Positions 12,148 to 25,322 of a stretch of DNA of 64,000 bases are shown in pieces. A program made the translations under genes and the position numbers. The DNA is taken from positions 227,726,001 through 227,790,000 of the forward strand of contig OZ024741.1 of the NCBI GenBank assembly GCA_964016885.1, in the 5' to 3' direction. The DNA is from Eledone cirrhosa. Lineage: Eukaryota. The stretch's first letter is position 1, and each line of letters begins with the position of its first letter. Under the pieces are notes generated by a model. It had not been told where the DNA came from. It searched no databases and worked only from the letters and a program-made list of their open reading frames with translations.

Positions 12148-14603
12148 ATGCTAATCAAAGATTATCTTCCTATGTCTACTAAGAACATACCAATACCATC
12201 CAGGGATACTTTAGACAAATTATTGATTAATAGTGTCAACTCTTTTATCAATAGAGTGAGATGGAGGACATTCCATTACGATAGAAACTGAACAGACAAA
12301 AACATAGATGCAAATAATTTCGACTCTTACGGCTTTAAAACTTTTAAAAGCCCACCTCACAACTTCTTATGAAACTTTTTCGAAAATGATCTAATAAAAC
12401 TAGTTAAGAACATAAGTACAGAAAACATCATAGTAGAAACAATACATTCTTAAACAACCTTAAGCCCACTATTAAAGGATTTAATAATAAAAAAAAAATT
12501 CTTGTACATGCAGATAAGACTAATAATATATATAGCCTAGATTACAATACATATAGAAAATGTATATATGAAGAACTACAAAGGTGCTATAAGAAAACCA
12601 CTATTAAAAACCTAGAGGATATAAATATAGAAGGCCATACATAGTATAGTATGTAAATTGGGACTTCAGAGACATAGACAACCATACACCCCTAACTCCC
12701 CAAGATTCTCTCTGAAAGACCATAAGGAAGACTTTAATAGTAACCCTTCTATAAGGCTAATTTTTCCCTCCAAATCTGACATTGGAATTATCAGCAAAAA
12801 AATATTAGATAGAATCATGCCCCAATTTAAGCATAAAATATATCTTAACCAGTGGGGGAAATACTGAAGTTATTGAATGGTTCAATGATATTAAAGAGAA
12901 TAAAAAAAAAAAATTATACAATTTGATATTAATTCATACTACACCTCTATTTCCCCTATCATATTAAATAATGCATTAATTATGGTTATGAACAATAGCG
13001 ACCTTACTAGATCCCAAATTGATGTCATCACAGCGGCCCGAAAAACCATAATTGCATTTGAAGATCAATTATGGACCCGCAAGCATACACATAACAACTT
13101 TGACATAACTATGGGATCTAGTGACTCGGCGCAGGTCTCTGATTTGGTGGGTCTATATCTCTTAAATAAAATTCATAGGAATTTACTCTACCTCAATGGT
13201 GATTTATACCGCGATGATGCACTACTTCTTATTGACTATAAAAAAATTAATATAGAAAGAACTAGGAAACAATTACATAACATTTTCAAAAACTTCAACT
13301 TAGGTATTACCTTAGATAAAAACACTAAAAACGTTAACTTCCTTGATGCTACCCTTTGCCTGGACTCTAAAATATATACACCCTTTCATAAACCAAACGA
13401 AAAACTACTTTATGTAGATACCAACTCTAACCACCCTAAATCCGTATTAAACTCAATTACTAAAGGAATATCAACTAGAATCTCTACTCTATCATATAAT
13501 GAAACCATATTTAACAGTAATTCCCAATACTATAGTGAGACCTTAGCTAAATCAGGCCATAAAAATGAAATTAAATTTCTACCTATAAAATCACCTAGTT
13601 ACAACATTATTTCTCACACGAGGAAAAATAATAAAAGTACTAGCCACTCTAACTCTAATACGAAGGGTAATATCAAACTTAACTCGCACCAGAATAAACC
13701 CCCCAATATTAATATAAACAGAAATATAAACAATACCTCAAAAAACATTACAAAAAACAAAAATAGAAGAACTAATACATTTTTCAATCCCCCTTTCAAT
13801 CTAAACGTCTCTACCAACTTGCCTAAGGCTTTCTTCTCAATCCTAGAAAAAACTTCCCGGTCGGCCACAAATACCATAATCTTATCTATAAAAATACAAT
13901 TAAAATCTCTTACTCTACCACACCTAACATCGCACACCATTTAGCTAGTAGTAATAAAAGGAAGATTAATAATTATTTCCAACTAATTAAATCACAACAG
14001 GGGGTAAACTTACATAGCAAGATAGTACCAGAGAATTCTAGTAGCAATAATAATAATGGTAATAGCACTAATGAAATTAATTACAATGGAAATGATAACC
14101 ACCATTACCCTAATGGTATCCCTAACAACCATGCATCTACACAAAATATAACCGGCAAGCAAACAACCAGAATAACTGTAACTGTAGAACAAATAGAACT
14201 TGCCCCTTAGCTAAAAATTGCTTAATCAAAGACATCATTTACTCATGCACAGTCAATACAAACAACTCTTCAAAAACATATCGGTTCTACTTCAAACTGC
14301 TTCAAGACGAGATATAACTCGCATCTCCACACTTTCAAAAATCGCAATCTAGCCAACTTCACTTCTTTATCTAACTACATACACTCTCTGAAAATTAGGA
14401 ATATACCATATACACTTCAATGGGAAGTAATAGATGAGGCCGCATCATATAAACGACCGAATAAATTATGTAACCTCTGTCTTCTAGAGACCCGCACTAT
14501 AATCTATTCTAAACAAAACCTCTTAAATAGAAAATCTGAAATTTTTTCCATGTGCCAACACTAACACCAACACTCTTTCCATAACTTTAAACCTAGCTGC
14601 TAG
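12148..14603 (+). pseudogene. Naiad-like PLE RT-GIY-YIG polyprotein, frameshifted
   Basis: STKNIPIPS..RVRW, LKDHKEDF..RLI, FDITMGSSDSAQVSDLVGLYLL, YRDDAL, NFLDATL, SNHP, FNPPF, CNC..CPL..C, CNLCLLE..LLN. Confidence 0.9.
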
Positions 14604-14890
14604 TATATAACAATGTCAGATCTGGATTCCTCACCACCATTAACACTTCACCTCTAGGTCACTTCTATGATCAGCTCATTCCTCTACTTAACTCCTATTT
14701 ATCTCAAACCTTTAACTCTACAATAACTATTAAGAATAAACATAAATATACCACCATTTAATATAACTACTATAGCTTACTTATATGTTATTCAGTAATG
14801 GATAGGTAATAATATAAGACATTTAATGTATTATAGGAAAATAAATTGTATTTATAATTAAATGTATAAATTAATAGCATTATATATAAG

Positions 14891-15078
14891 GGCGGTGGAT
14901 TGGCAGTATCGGTAGAGGGTCAGACACCATGCTTTCCAGCATAGTTACGTCCCTTTATGATCTGAGTTCAAATCCCGCCGAGGTTGACTTTGCCTTTCAT
15001 CCTTACGGGGTCGATAAAATAAAGTACCAGTAATGCACTGGATAATTGCTGGCCTTGTGCCTAAAGTAGAAACAATTA
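14891..15078 (+). mobile_element. Full-length tRNA-derived SINE (Nin/Deu-like core)
   Basis: A-box-like TGGCAGTATCGG, B-box GAGTTCAAATCC, core GCCTTTCATCCTTACGGGGTCGATAAAATAAAGTACCAG, AT-rich tail. Confidence 0.85.
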
Positions 15079-16092
15079 TATATAAGGGATTCACTTATAA
15101 CATAATATAATGTATATTTATAAAACAAGAGAGTTAACTAATTGGAGCTGTAAACAACTATACATTTTTTCTAAAGCTTATTTATATTTTATTCAGTAAT
15201 GGATAGATAACAATATAATGAGACCCTTAATCTATTATAGGAAAATGGATTGTATTTAAAATTAAATATAAATAAATAGCATTATATAAAAGGGATTCAC
15301 TTATAACACAATATAATGTATATTAGCACAGGGAATTTAACCAATTAGAGCTGTAAACAACTATACATTTTTTTCTATTTTTTTCTATCACATACAACTT
15401 AATCGCTAATTACCTCCCCTTAATATAGATCTCAAACTTACTTTCGGAAATTAAACCGTTAGAAGAATCATCCCAGAACAACTCGAACCCGGGATAAAAG
15501 TATAATAGGACCAATATACAATCCATAGCTTTAACTAATTATAAACATTCACTTAAATAAAATATAACCAATGCAATGGAAAAGGAAACAATAGTATTAA
15601 TACTCTCAACACATGCAGATTTGAACATTACAGAAACAATTATCACACTACATCCACCAGAAACTCATCATTTTAATACACAAACATCTGTGTCTGTTTG
15701 ATATACTTGTAAACATGTGTTATTTTATGTGATACCTTTGCCATACAGTAATTATGTATGCCTAGTAACATTGCTTGTTTCCTACCTAGCTATCCAGTAT
15801 ATGCCTAACGCATTTGCACTCTCTATACGCTTGCATATGTACTGCTAATGTCATCGTTTTACGAGTGACTTTTTGCCTTAATGCCTCTTTAATTATTATA
15901 CTATTCTCTTGTAATCTCTGTCACATGCATTCCACTCTGTGCCTCTTTAATTATTATACAATTCTCTTGTTATCTCTGTCACATCCATTCCACTCTGTAA
16001 ATATGAAACTGTTGATGACAACATTAATATCCATGTATCTATATGATTGTTCAGTTGAATAGGAAGTTAATTATATGTCCAAATTTTGCTAG

Positions 16093-16139
16093 TGCTCCGA
16101 TGATTCCAAACGAAAGTTTGGTAGAAACGATTGTCAGCA
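16093..16139 (+). ncRNA. Type I hammerhead, family C (CCGAUGA core)
   Basis: TGCT-CCGATGA-TTCCAAAC(GAAA)GTTTGGTA-GAA-ACGATTGT-C-AGCA; GUC site; AATAAA follows. Confidence 0.75.
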
Positions 16140-16516
16140 ATAAAATGTTTTGAACATAGTTTTGATTATTGTGTAATTTATATATATATCTTTATATATT
16201 TTTATGTGTATTTGGTGTATCCGTTTCTATGTGCGCGGGTACAGCTGTTGCGCGGGCTTTAGTATGTGTACGTGTTTGTATATGCATACCCATGGTGGGT
16301 GTTTTCGCGTATGCATGTGTATGTACGTATTTGGATGCGTGCATGTATATATTTAATTATTGTTGATTTCAATAACCTCTGTAATTTATTTACATTATTC
16401 TTAACTGTGAAGCCGAGAATCATTCGGTTTCCTAAAAAGAATTTTAGTCTACGACTTCATTTATACCATATACGTGGTTTTGTCTTTGTGTTTAATTGTT
16501 CTCACCGCTGCAAATA

Positions 16517-16703
16517 ATTGTTTCTACGTTTGGCACAAGGCCAGCAATTACCAGTGCATTACTGGTACTTTATTTTATCGACGCCGGAAGGATGAAAAGC
16601 AAAGTTAACCTCGGCGGGATTTGAACTCAGATCATACAGGGAGGTAACTCTAAGCTTCAAAGCATGGCATCCGACCCTCTACCGATACTGCCAATACACC
16701 GCT
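16517..16703 (-). mobile_element. tRNA-derived SINE inserted in a pLTR
   Basis: Same family as 14891-15078. Confidence 0.85.
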
Positions 16704-16842
16704 ACAAATAATTACGTATTATCTTCGTTTTTTCCGTTCATTGCCAGGGAACGTCTCAACCAAAGTATAGTCTTCCTGTCTTCCTTCGGTTGCAACTTTT
16801 TTTCGAAATATTTACTTCTGCGTTCACAGATTGATTTTTTTT

Positions 16843-16893
16843 AATTTCAGAAGATCCCGTTAAGGGTGAAAGCAGCGATTCTTTGCTTAAACT
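16843..16893 (+). ncRNA. Hammerhead-like motif, family E (CAGAAGA core)
   Basis: TTT-CAGAAGA-T-CCC(gttaa)GGG-T-GAA-AGCA(gcgattctt)TGCT-T-AAA; same core at 48520. Confidence 0.65.
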
Positions 16894-19070
16894 TTAATCT
16901 CTTATTTTAATAAATATTTGCTCTAAGGTTCTTATATATTTGATATATATTTATTCTTATCGATCCCTCGGATTTTAGTCTTCAAATTTATTATTATTAC
17001 GATTTGGCTCCCTCGCTTGAACACTCTTTTGACTTATATTCATCATGCAGAAATAACATCTGAATATTTCTACTAAGAACATACCCGTACCAAGCAGGAA
17101 GATATACCTAAAACTCCAGATACAGAAAACAGACTCGTTCATTAAAGGGTTGCGTTGACGTGCCTTTTATTTCGATAATCAGGAAAAACGGACAACAAAT
17201 AGGATAAATTTGGGCTTAAAACGTACAATAACCCTCCGACTAACCCTGCATTGCTAGCCTTCAAAAATGATGTCTTGGAACTCATACGGAGTATCAAATT
17301 TCGGAATAGAAGCAATTCCTTCCAGTAGGACCTGAAGAATAGAATTCGTTCTATTAAGGATTCTAATGCCGTGCACGTCCACTCCGACAAATCTGGCAAT
17401 CTATATCAAGTGGAGCGCAGTACTTACAATCAACTGCTACATAATGCTGTAACTAAGGATTACCGTAAAACTAATCGGAGTGTCATTAATGGCATCAACG
17501 ATGCTGGGTTTAAAATCACCTCTGAACTAAACATCCTGGACCGGAATGAACTTCTGGACCCTATTTCTCCCCACTTTACCCTGAAGGATCACAAATCCAA
17601 TTTTCCCAACAACCCCTCTATTCGGCTTATTAACCCTACGAAGTCCGATTTAGGTAGACTTAATAAAAGTATTCTTATACCTGAAATTAGAAGCTTGGCC
17701 CCTCTTGCACTGTGGAACAATTCTTTCGCGGTGATTGATTGGTTCAACGGCATATGCAACAAGGAACATTGCCGTTTTATCCAATTCGACAACAATAATT
17801 ACTACTACTCCATCACTTTACCACTTCTTAGAGCTATCAATTTCACTAAAACGCTCACGGTGGTTAAGGATTTCGAAGTTGATGCCATCCTCAATGCCCG
17901 TAAGTCGGTGATTAATTTCGACGACTCTATTTGGATTAAAAAATCCAATAGTACCCCATTCGACGTGAGTATGGGCGCCAGCGATTCTGCGGAAGTTACT
18001 GATATTATCGGCCTTTTCTTTTTTTCTCTATCAAGGAAGAATTCCCCAACGTGGGCGGTGGTTTGTATCGTGATGACGGTCTTTTGACCATGACAAAGTG
18101 CGGCCCACGCACTTGTGACATGTTCAGAAAAGAACTCAGAGCCGTCTTTAAAGACTTCAACCTTTTCATATAGGTTGAGACCAACCTCTTGGTCGTTAAT
18201 TACCTCGACGTTACCCTCAATTTGTCGAATGGCTTGCACTACCCGTATAGAGAGCCGAATGATACGCTTAATTACATAAGTAAGCATTCTAACCATCCTG
18301 CCAGCATAACCAAGAACCTGGTAAGAAACGTTTCTTTGAGGCTTTCCCGTCTATCTACAAACGAGCATATTTTCACCGACCATTCCACAAATTACAATGA
18401 AGCTCTTGCTCGGAGTGGATTTGTCGATAAGGTAGCATATACTGAGTATGAGCATAAACCTAAGAAAATTAGATCCCGACGCATTATATGGTATAACCCA
18501 CCATATAATATGGAGGTGACCACACCATTAGCTAAGATCTTTCTCTCCCTTATTAAGAAGCATTTCCCACCAGCATATAAATATAATAACATTTTTAATA
18601 GAAATGCCATTAAAATTTCTTACTCTACGTCTCCTAACCTTGCACTTAACATCACTGATTCCAAGAGTCATTTTCTCAAACACTTGCATCAATAATTTAC
18701 ACAGTAACAGTTTGGCATTTAATGATCCTGAATTATTCAACTGTCCAGCGAATGGAATACAGAACGTGACCAAAGTTTCCCTTGAGACCTATAAAATGTA
18801 TCTATCATAGATGCATTTCTCTTTAAAATACGAATTAGCCATATTCAAAATGCTACATTCAAATATATACAGCCAACGCCAATTCAATTCCTTAATGGCT
18901 TTCGAAGTGAAAGTTCCTACTCATAAGAGTAGCAACTTTCACTCTGAAAGCCATTAAAAAAATGTGAATCTACGAGTGACCTAAATATGAGATAAATGGT
19001 CTAGAGCATTCAGTTGTGCAAGTGGCGCTCCAGTACGGAATTAATAACTAAAGAACCTGTATGTATATAT

Positions 19071-19290
<220 letters not shown>

Positions 19291-19309
19291 ACATATATAT
19301 ATGTATATA

Positions 19310-19466
19310 ATGGTAGAACACTGGAAGGTAATATCCGTAGTGGTAGAGCACTCAGTCCATGGGACGAGTTAGGTGGAAGTGGTTAAACAACAGTTAGTTC
19401 ACCATACCGAGAACAATTGTTTCACCTTAGCGGATCCTCAGCTCGTAATGGACCTCGTAATGGACA
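19310..19466 (-). mobile_element. Solo pLTR end, family B, with intact HHR at 19408-19445
   Basis: Reverse complement of 3836-3981. Confidence 0.85.
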
Positions 19467-19499
19467 TCTATCTATCTTTATATATATATATAAATTGAT

Positions 19500-19680
19500 G
19501 CCGTAAAGATCTGATAGACCATTACTCACCAGAATACTCGATGCTTGGGGTAGTAGAATGTGGTAATATGAAAGAGTCAGAACCTCTACGGCTGAGCTCT
19601 TGCCGTTTTAACAGCTAGTTTGTAACTAGCTGTTGAATCACCAAGTGTTCAGTCATCGCGGCCCCGACTCTATCATATTA
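19500..19680. mobile_element. Old fold-back mini-element, family A
   Basis: ATATGAAAGAGTC..ACGGCTGAGCTC..AACAGCTAGT(ttgta)ACTAGCTGTT..GACTCTATCATAT. Confidence 0.6.
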
Positions 19681-19960
19681 TATATATGTATATATACACA
19701 CACACACAATTATAAATATATAGGACGCTAATCACGTGATAATTCTCCCGTTCGAAATTATCATTGGTAACCGATAGCTCAGTTGAATTCTTTTCTTGTT
19801 TGAAAATCTTCCTTGATGATTTGAGATTTTCACAACAAAAATTGCTGAGGTTTCCTCACAAAATATAAAAACACACGCACTTGCTGGATTTCACTTCAAT
19901 TTATTATCATAATTTCCCAGTCGGTTAGTTTAATAACCGGGTGGTTGTATATATATATAC

Positions 19961-20025
<65 letters not shown>

Positions 20026-20161
20026 CTGAATCCACGTTCTGTACTCTTGTATTTTGTTCTCCCTTATCTCCCCTTATATTTCACCTTTTCCTATGTCTCC
20101 CCCCCCCCCATATATTCTTTTTGCCTTACCCTTCACATACCTAAATGTATGTGTATGTATG

Positions 20162-20220
<59 letters not shown>

Positions 20221-20238
20221 ATGTATGTATATGTAGAT

Positions 20239-20522
20239 AGACCAGGTTTTTTTCCATTCTGAGGAAAAAAGGCAATTTTTTTTTGCTTTTAAGAAACCAC
20301 TGGTGAATGGAATAATTGCCTGATGTTGTTTATTACATTACTACTATATATATGTATATATAAGGTTCATATGAATTATCTAAGATTGTGTTTTACACAC
20401 ACACATATATATATGTGTATATATGTATATATATATGTATGTGTGTGTGTGTTTGTATTTGGTTGTGCGTGTTTGTGATATGTACGTATTTGTATGTGTA
20501 TAATTGTATAGCTATGCATGTA

Positions 20523-20557
<35 letters not shown>

Positions 20558-20578
20558 GTGTGTGTATGTGTGTGTGTG

Positions 20579-20621
<43 letters not shown>

Positions 20622-21048
20622 ATGTGTATATGTGTGTGTATATATGTATATGTGAATGTGTGTTTGTGTTTGTGTATGTATTTGTGTATGTGTATGTATG
20701 TGTTTATGTATTTGTATATGTATATTTATGTGTGAGAGTGTGTGTATGTATTTACCTTTTCGTACGTATGTGTACGTGCATTTGTGTATATTGCTTACCA
20801 CGCGTGTCTGTTCATCTACTCGTCGTTGTATCGCTGACAACTGCATAATAATCTTTATTTTTTATATATATTTTTTCTTGTATTTATTTGCGTGTGTGAA
20901 TATGTAGAGGTGTGTATATTTTTCTAATATTGTACATGCATATGTACGCATTTATGTATGTGTATGTACGTGTGTATATAGGTATGATTGTGTGCATGTA
21001 TGTATATGTATGTGTGTATGGCTATGTATGTGTATGTGTATGCATGTA

Positions 21049-21099
<51 letters not shown>

Positions 21100-21264
21100 C
21101 TATATATATATATGTGTGTATATATGTGTGTGTGGTTGTATATGAGTATGTATGGATGTGTTGATATTTAGGTGCCTATGTATGTATGTGTATATGTATG
21201 TGTATATGTGTATTTATATACACATATATATGTGTATATGTGTGTGTGTATGTATGAGTGTATG

Positions 21265-21297
<33 letters not shown>

Positions 21298-21540
21298 ATG
21301 TATGCTTTTGTGTGTGTGTGTTTGTGTGTGTGTTTGCATGTGTGGTTCTATTTTATTTTTCCTTTCCTTCTTCTCTCTCCAGCCTCACTTTCATATAGAT
21401 TGCATTTTTGTTTTTAAAATCCAAATTCAATAAACAGACCAGGATTTTTTCATTCTGAGGATTGAAAGCAACATTTTTGCTTTTAAGAAACCACTGGTAA
21501 TTGGAATAATTGCCTTATGTTGTTTATTACATAACTATAT
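20239..21540 (+). mobile_element. Non-coding element bounded by about 105-bp direct repeats, each holding an HHR (family F; 20252-20312 and 21448-21506)
   Basis: TTCCATT-CTGAGGA-(stem II)-GAA-ACCACTGGT-G/A-AATGGAA; interior is TG/TA microsatellite-rich. Confidence 0.7.
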
Positions 21541-21552
21541 ATATATATATAT

Positions 21553-22278
21553 AAATGAGGTAAATATCTCACTGAGTACTAAGTACCCATAGAGATATAT
21601 AGGGTGTCTATAATATAATTGTTGTTCTATGGTACTAAATCTAGATACCAGAACTATAAAAATTGATGAGCAGAACAAACAAACATTAAACAATCCTTAA
21701 ATAAATTAAAAAATGATTTAAATATCTACCTGTTCATAATGCTATTACCGGCGGTTTCCATCTATAAAAGATTGGAAATTCAGAGAATTTCTAATGGAAA
21801 GTAGATTTCATCAGATAGCTATTTCCTTTCTATAGGACATACGTCCCATGGTCCGCAAATATAATGCCAACTACCAGCTCGTATGAGTTATGGCCGTTAA
21901 AGTGACCCACACGTGACCCGGCCGCTAGTGCAAGCGGGAATATTACAGACTTGTTGATGACTTGGCTGCTAAAAAAAAAATAGCAGTAAGCAACAACGAA
22001 TTTTTTCTCTACATAGATTGGAGAATGTATAAAAATGAGGTAAATATCTCACTGAGTACTAAGTACCCATAGAGATATATAGGGTGTCTATAATATAATT
22101 GTTGTTCTATGGTACTAATTCGAGATACCAGAACTTAAATATCTACCTGTTCATAATGCTATGAACAGGTAGATATTTAAATCATTTTTTAATTTATTTA
22201 AAGGATTGTTTAATGTTTGTTTGTTCTGCTCATCAATTTTTATAGTTCTGGTATCTCGAATTAGTACCATAGAACAAA
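21553..22278 (-). mobile_element. Non-coding HHR element (about 480-bp period, family G) with inverted 5' end
   Basis: 21553-21745 recurs at 22033-22162; 22163-22278 is an inverted copy. Confidence 0.85.
21741..21819 (-). ncRNA. Type I hammerhead, family G
   Basis: GCTAT-CTGATGA-A-ATCTA..GAAATTC(tct)GAATTTC..TAGAT-G-GAA-ACCG(c)CGGT-A-ATAGC; GUA site. Confidence 0.8.
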
Positions 22279-22279
22279 A

Positions 22280-23270
22280 GTTAACCTCTGCGGGATTTGA
22301 ACTCTATAAAACATTATATCGGGGCTACCTCCGGCCCGTTAAAAATTAGGTTTCGACCACATCTCCACTCTTTCATAAATAAAAAACTAAGACACTCCAC
22401 TTCGCTCGCGGACGACATCACATCACAAAAGGACTTAAACATGAGCTTCTCCACGCACTGGGATATTGTCGGCAGGGCTGCACCGTACAACTTCAAGAGG
22501 AAATGCGATATTTGCCTCATGGAGCTCTACCACACCATAACTGCACCCCACAAGCTCATCAACAGCAGAGCTGAAACAGCGATAAGTTGTACACATCGCT
22601 TAAAAATATCCTTCTTCAGATGGGTTAAGGAGGAGGAGTGAAACCGTGCACCGGATCTCCCTGCAACAAGTCTTAACACCCCGGCGGGCAGGCGCTGCAA
22701 AATAACACCCAGGGAACTATCCTTGCATATCAGACCCAGCCTCAACCGGCTCAGACAAACAGATGCAGAAAAAAAAACTCTCAAAATAAGCGTTGATTAC
22801 ATGCGTATCGACAATGGTAAGGTTGTAACCTCATCTCGTAGCGGATAAAAATATTTGTCCGGGAAAGACTGCCCTAACAGCGGCCAGAGTTACCTCCCTT
22901 GACCTGCTGCAAAATCAAAACAAACTATTTTTGCGAGCAATAAACCTTGACGTGGATTTAACTCCAAAAACTCTTTCCGAGCAATGTAAGGAACACTTTT
23001 GATTATTTATGCATGCCCTTGAGAAGCCCAACTGGGCGAACATACGTAGGTGCTGTTTTAAATAAACATGTTTTAACGGTCTATTCTCCGATTTCTTACT
23101 TTCCCACGTGCTTACGCTCTGCTAATTCTCTAGCCCACTAAATATAAACACTTCGAATATTTAATACTGCCGGCACTAGTATCGAGCACCTTTGGCATAC
23201 GCTACTTGGCAAATAACTATATGTATCACCTATCTTCCCCTTTTTTTCTCTCCCTCGATACGTAAATACT
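22280..23270 (+). mobile_element. PLE 3' fragment: GIY-YIG (22297-22641), 3' UTR and pLTR with family H HHR (23011-23053)
   Basis: YIGAT..LKIRF..H..SF..TSLA..W..Y..CDICLME..LINS..SCTH; pLTR shared with 57310-57610. Confidence 0.85.
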
Positions 23271-23285
23271 GTATATATATATATA

Positions 23286-23675
23286 TAGGAACGAGTAGGA
23301 CCCCGACGGCTGAGCTCAAGCCGTTTCGACGGCTAATTCTGGACGCGTCGAAACGGCTTGAGCTCAGCCGTCGGGGTCCTACTCGTCCCTATTACCCACT
23401 CTACTACCCTAAGTATTGAGTACTTTGGTGCGTTATGGTCCACCTGGTACCTTACCACATTTCCTTCGTAATATATGTATATATATAACGAGGGAATTGT
23501 GGTAAGGAACCAGATGGACCATACCGCACAGAGTACTCAATACTTAGGGTAGTAGTGTGGGTAATAGGAAAGGTATGACCCCGACGGCAGAGTTCAAGCC
23601 GTTTCGACGGCTATTTCTTGGTCCAGAAATAGTCGTCGAAACGTCTTGAGCTCTGCCGTCGGAGCCATAGCTTTT

Positions 23676-23680
<5 letters not shown>
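23286..23680. mobile_element. Two adjacent fold-back mini-elements, family A (23286-23470 and 23487-23680)
   Basis: Each is a palindrome of GACCCCGACGG.GAGCTCAAGCCGTTTCGAC plus a one-sided pLTR tail; separated by TA repeats. Confidence 0.85.
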
Positions 23681-23729
<49 letters not shown>

Positions 23730-25322
23730 GAAAAAATGAAACGAAATTTCATTTCTCACTCTTAGTACGGCTGTTACTTAAATATAAGTATGTATACGTA
23801 CATACATATATGTATACAGACGTACAGTAGTATGTATATATATACATACATGCACACATATATATATGTACGTATGGATTTACCGACCATTTATTATACT
23901 GCTCGGTTTGTTTGTAAACAAACATCCCGAATTAAGCCGTACAGTGTTTAGCAACCATCGTTGCCCTTTTGTTCAACACTGACAAAGAAATCATGTACTA
24001 GTTTCAAGCTTATTAGCTATCGTCAGCACCGTATAGCTTCCCGCCAGATGATTGAACGTCTGAGTGTATATACTTTCCTTATGCATATTAACGGCTGAGC
24101 AGCCTAATTTTCATATCGAGTGAGTTAATCGGCCGGGCGCACAGAAAATGATAAATAGAAAAAATGAAACGAAATTTCATTTCTCACATTTAGTACGGCT
24201 GTTACTTAATTATAAGTATGTATACATACATACATATATGGATACAGACGTACAGTAGTATGTATATATATACATACATGCACACATGTACGTATGGATT
24301 TACCGAGCATTATAATAAATGCTCGGTAAATCCATACGTACATATGTGTCAGCTATCGTCAGCACCGTATACCTTCCTGCCAGATGATTGAACGATAGCT
24401 AATAAGCTTGAAACTAGTACATCGTTCCTTTGTCAGTGTTGAACAAAAAGGCAACGATGGTTGCTAAACACTGTACGGCTTAATTCGGGATGTTTCTTTA
24501 TAAACAAACCGAGCATTATAATAAATGCTCGGTAAATCCATACGTACATATATATATATATGTGTGCATGTATGTATATATATATACATACTACTGTACA
24601 TATATGTATGTACGTATTCATGTACGTACATATATATATGTGTGCATGTATGTGTATATATACATACTACTGTACGTCTGTATACATATATGTATGTACG
24701 TATACATACTTATATTTAAATAACAGCCGTAGTAAGAGTGAGAAATGAAATTTCGTTTCATTTTTTCCATTTATCGTTTTCGGTGCGCCCGGCCGATTAA
24801 CTCACTCGATATGGAAATTAGGCTGCTCATCCGTTAATATGCATAAGTAAAGTATATACTTTCAGACTTTCAATCATCTGGCAGGAAAGCAGAATGTATA
24901 CAATGCTGACGATAGCTAATAATCTTGAAACAATTCATCGTTCGTTTGTCAGTGTTGAACAAAGGGGCAACGATGGCTGCTAAACACTGTACGGCTTAAT
25001 TCGGGATGTTTATTTACAAACAAAGCGAGCATTATAATAAATTCTCGGTAAATCCATACGTACATATATATATATATGTGGGCATGTATGTATATATATA
25101 AACATACTACTGTACATATATGTATGTACGTATTCATACTTATATTTAAGTAACAACCGTACTAAGAGTGAGAAATGAAATTTCGTTTCATTTTTTCCAT
25201 TTATCGTTTTCGGTGCGCCCGGCCGATTAACTCACTCGATATGCTAATTAGGCTGCTCAGCTGTTAATATGCATAAGGAAAGTATATACTTTCAGATGTT
25301 CAATCATCTGGCAGGAAGGGAT

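Larger units (their letters stand above)
9208..16180 (+). mobile_element. Reconstructed near-full-length Naiad-like PLE: inverted end, 5' pLTR, ORF, 3' UTR, 3' pLTR; interrupted by two Dong copies and a SINE
   Basis: 9349-9565 recurs directly at about 15960-16180, each with an HHR; 9208-9348 is an inverted copy of 9553-9692; ORF remnants at 12148-14603. Confidence 0.8.
16190..18660 (+). mobile_element. Naiad-like PLE: upstream pLTR (16190-17040) and RT ORF remnant (17045-18660), 3'-truncated
   Basis: STKNIPVPS, HSDKSGNLY, LKDHK, FDVSMGASDSAEVTDIIG, LYRDDGL (after frameshift), NYLDVTL, SNHP, WYNPPY. Confidence 0.9.

Noticed and set aside
14891-15078. tRNA gene (also considered at 55207)
   Set aside because: A and B boxes are present but there is no cloverleaf; these are SINE heads.
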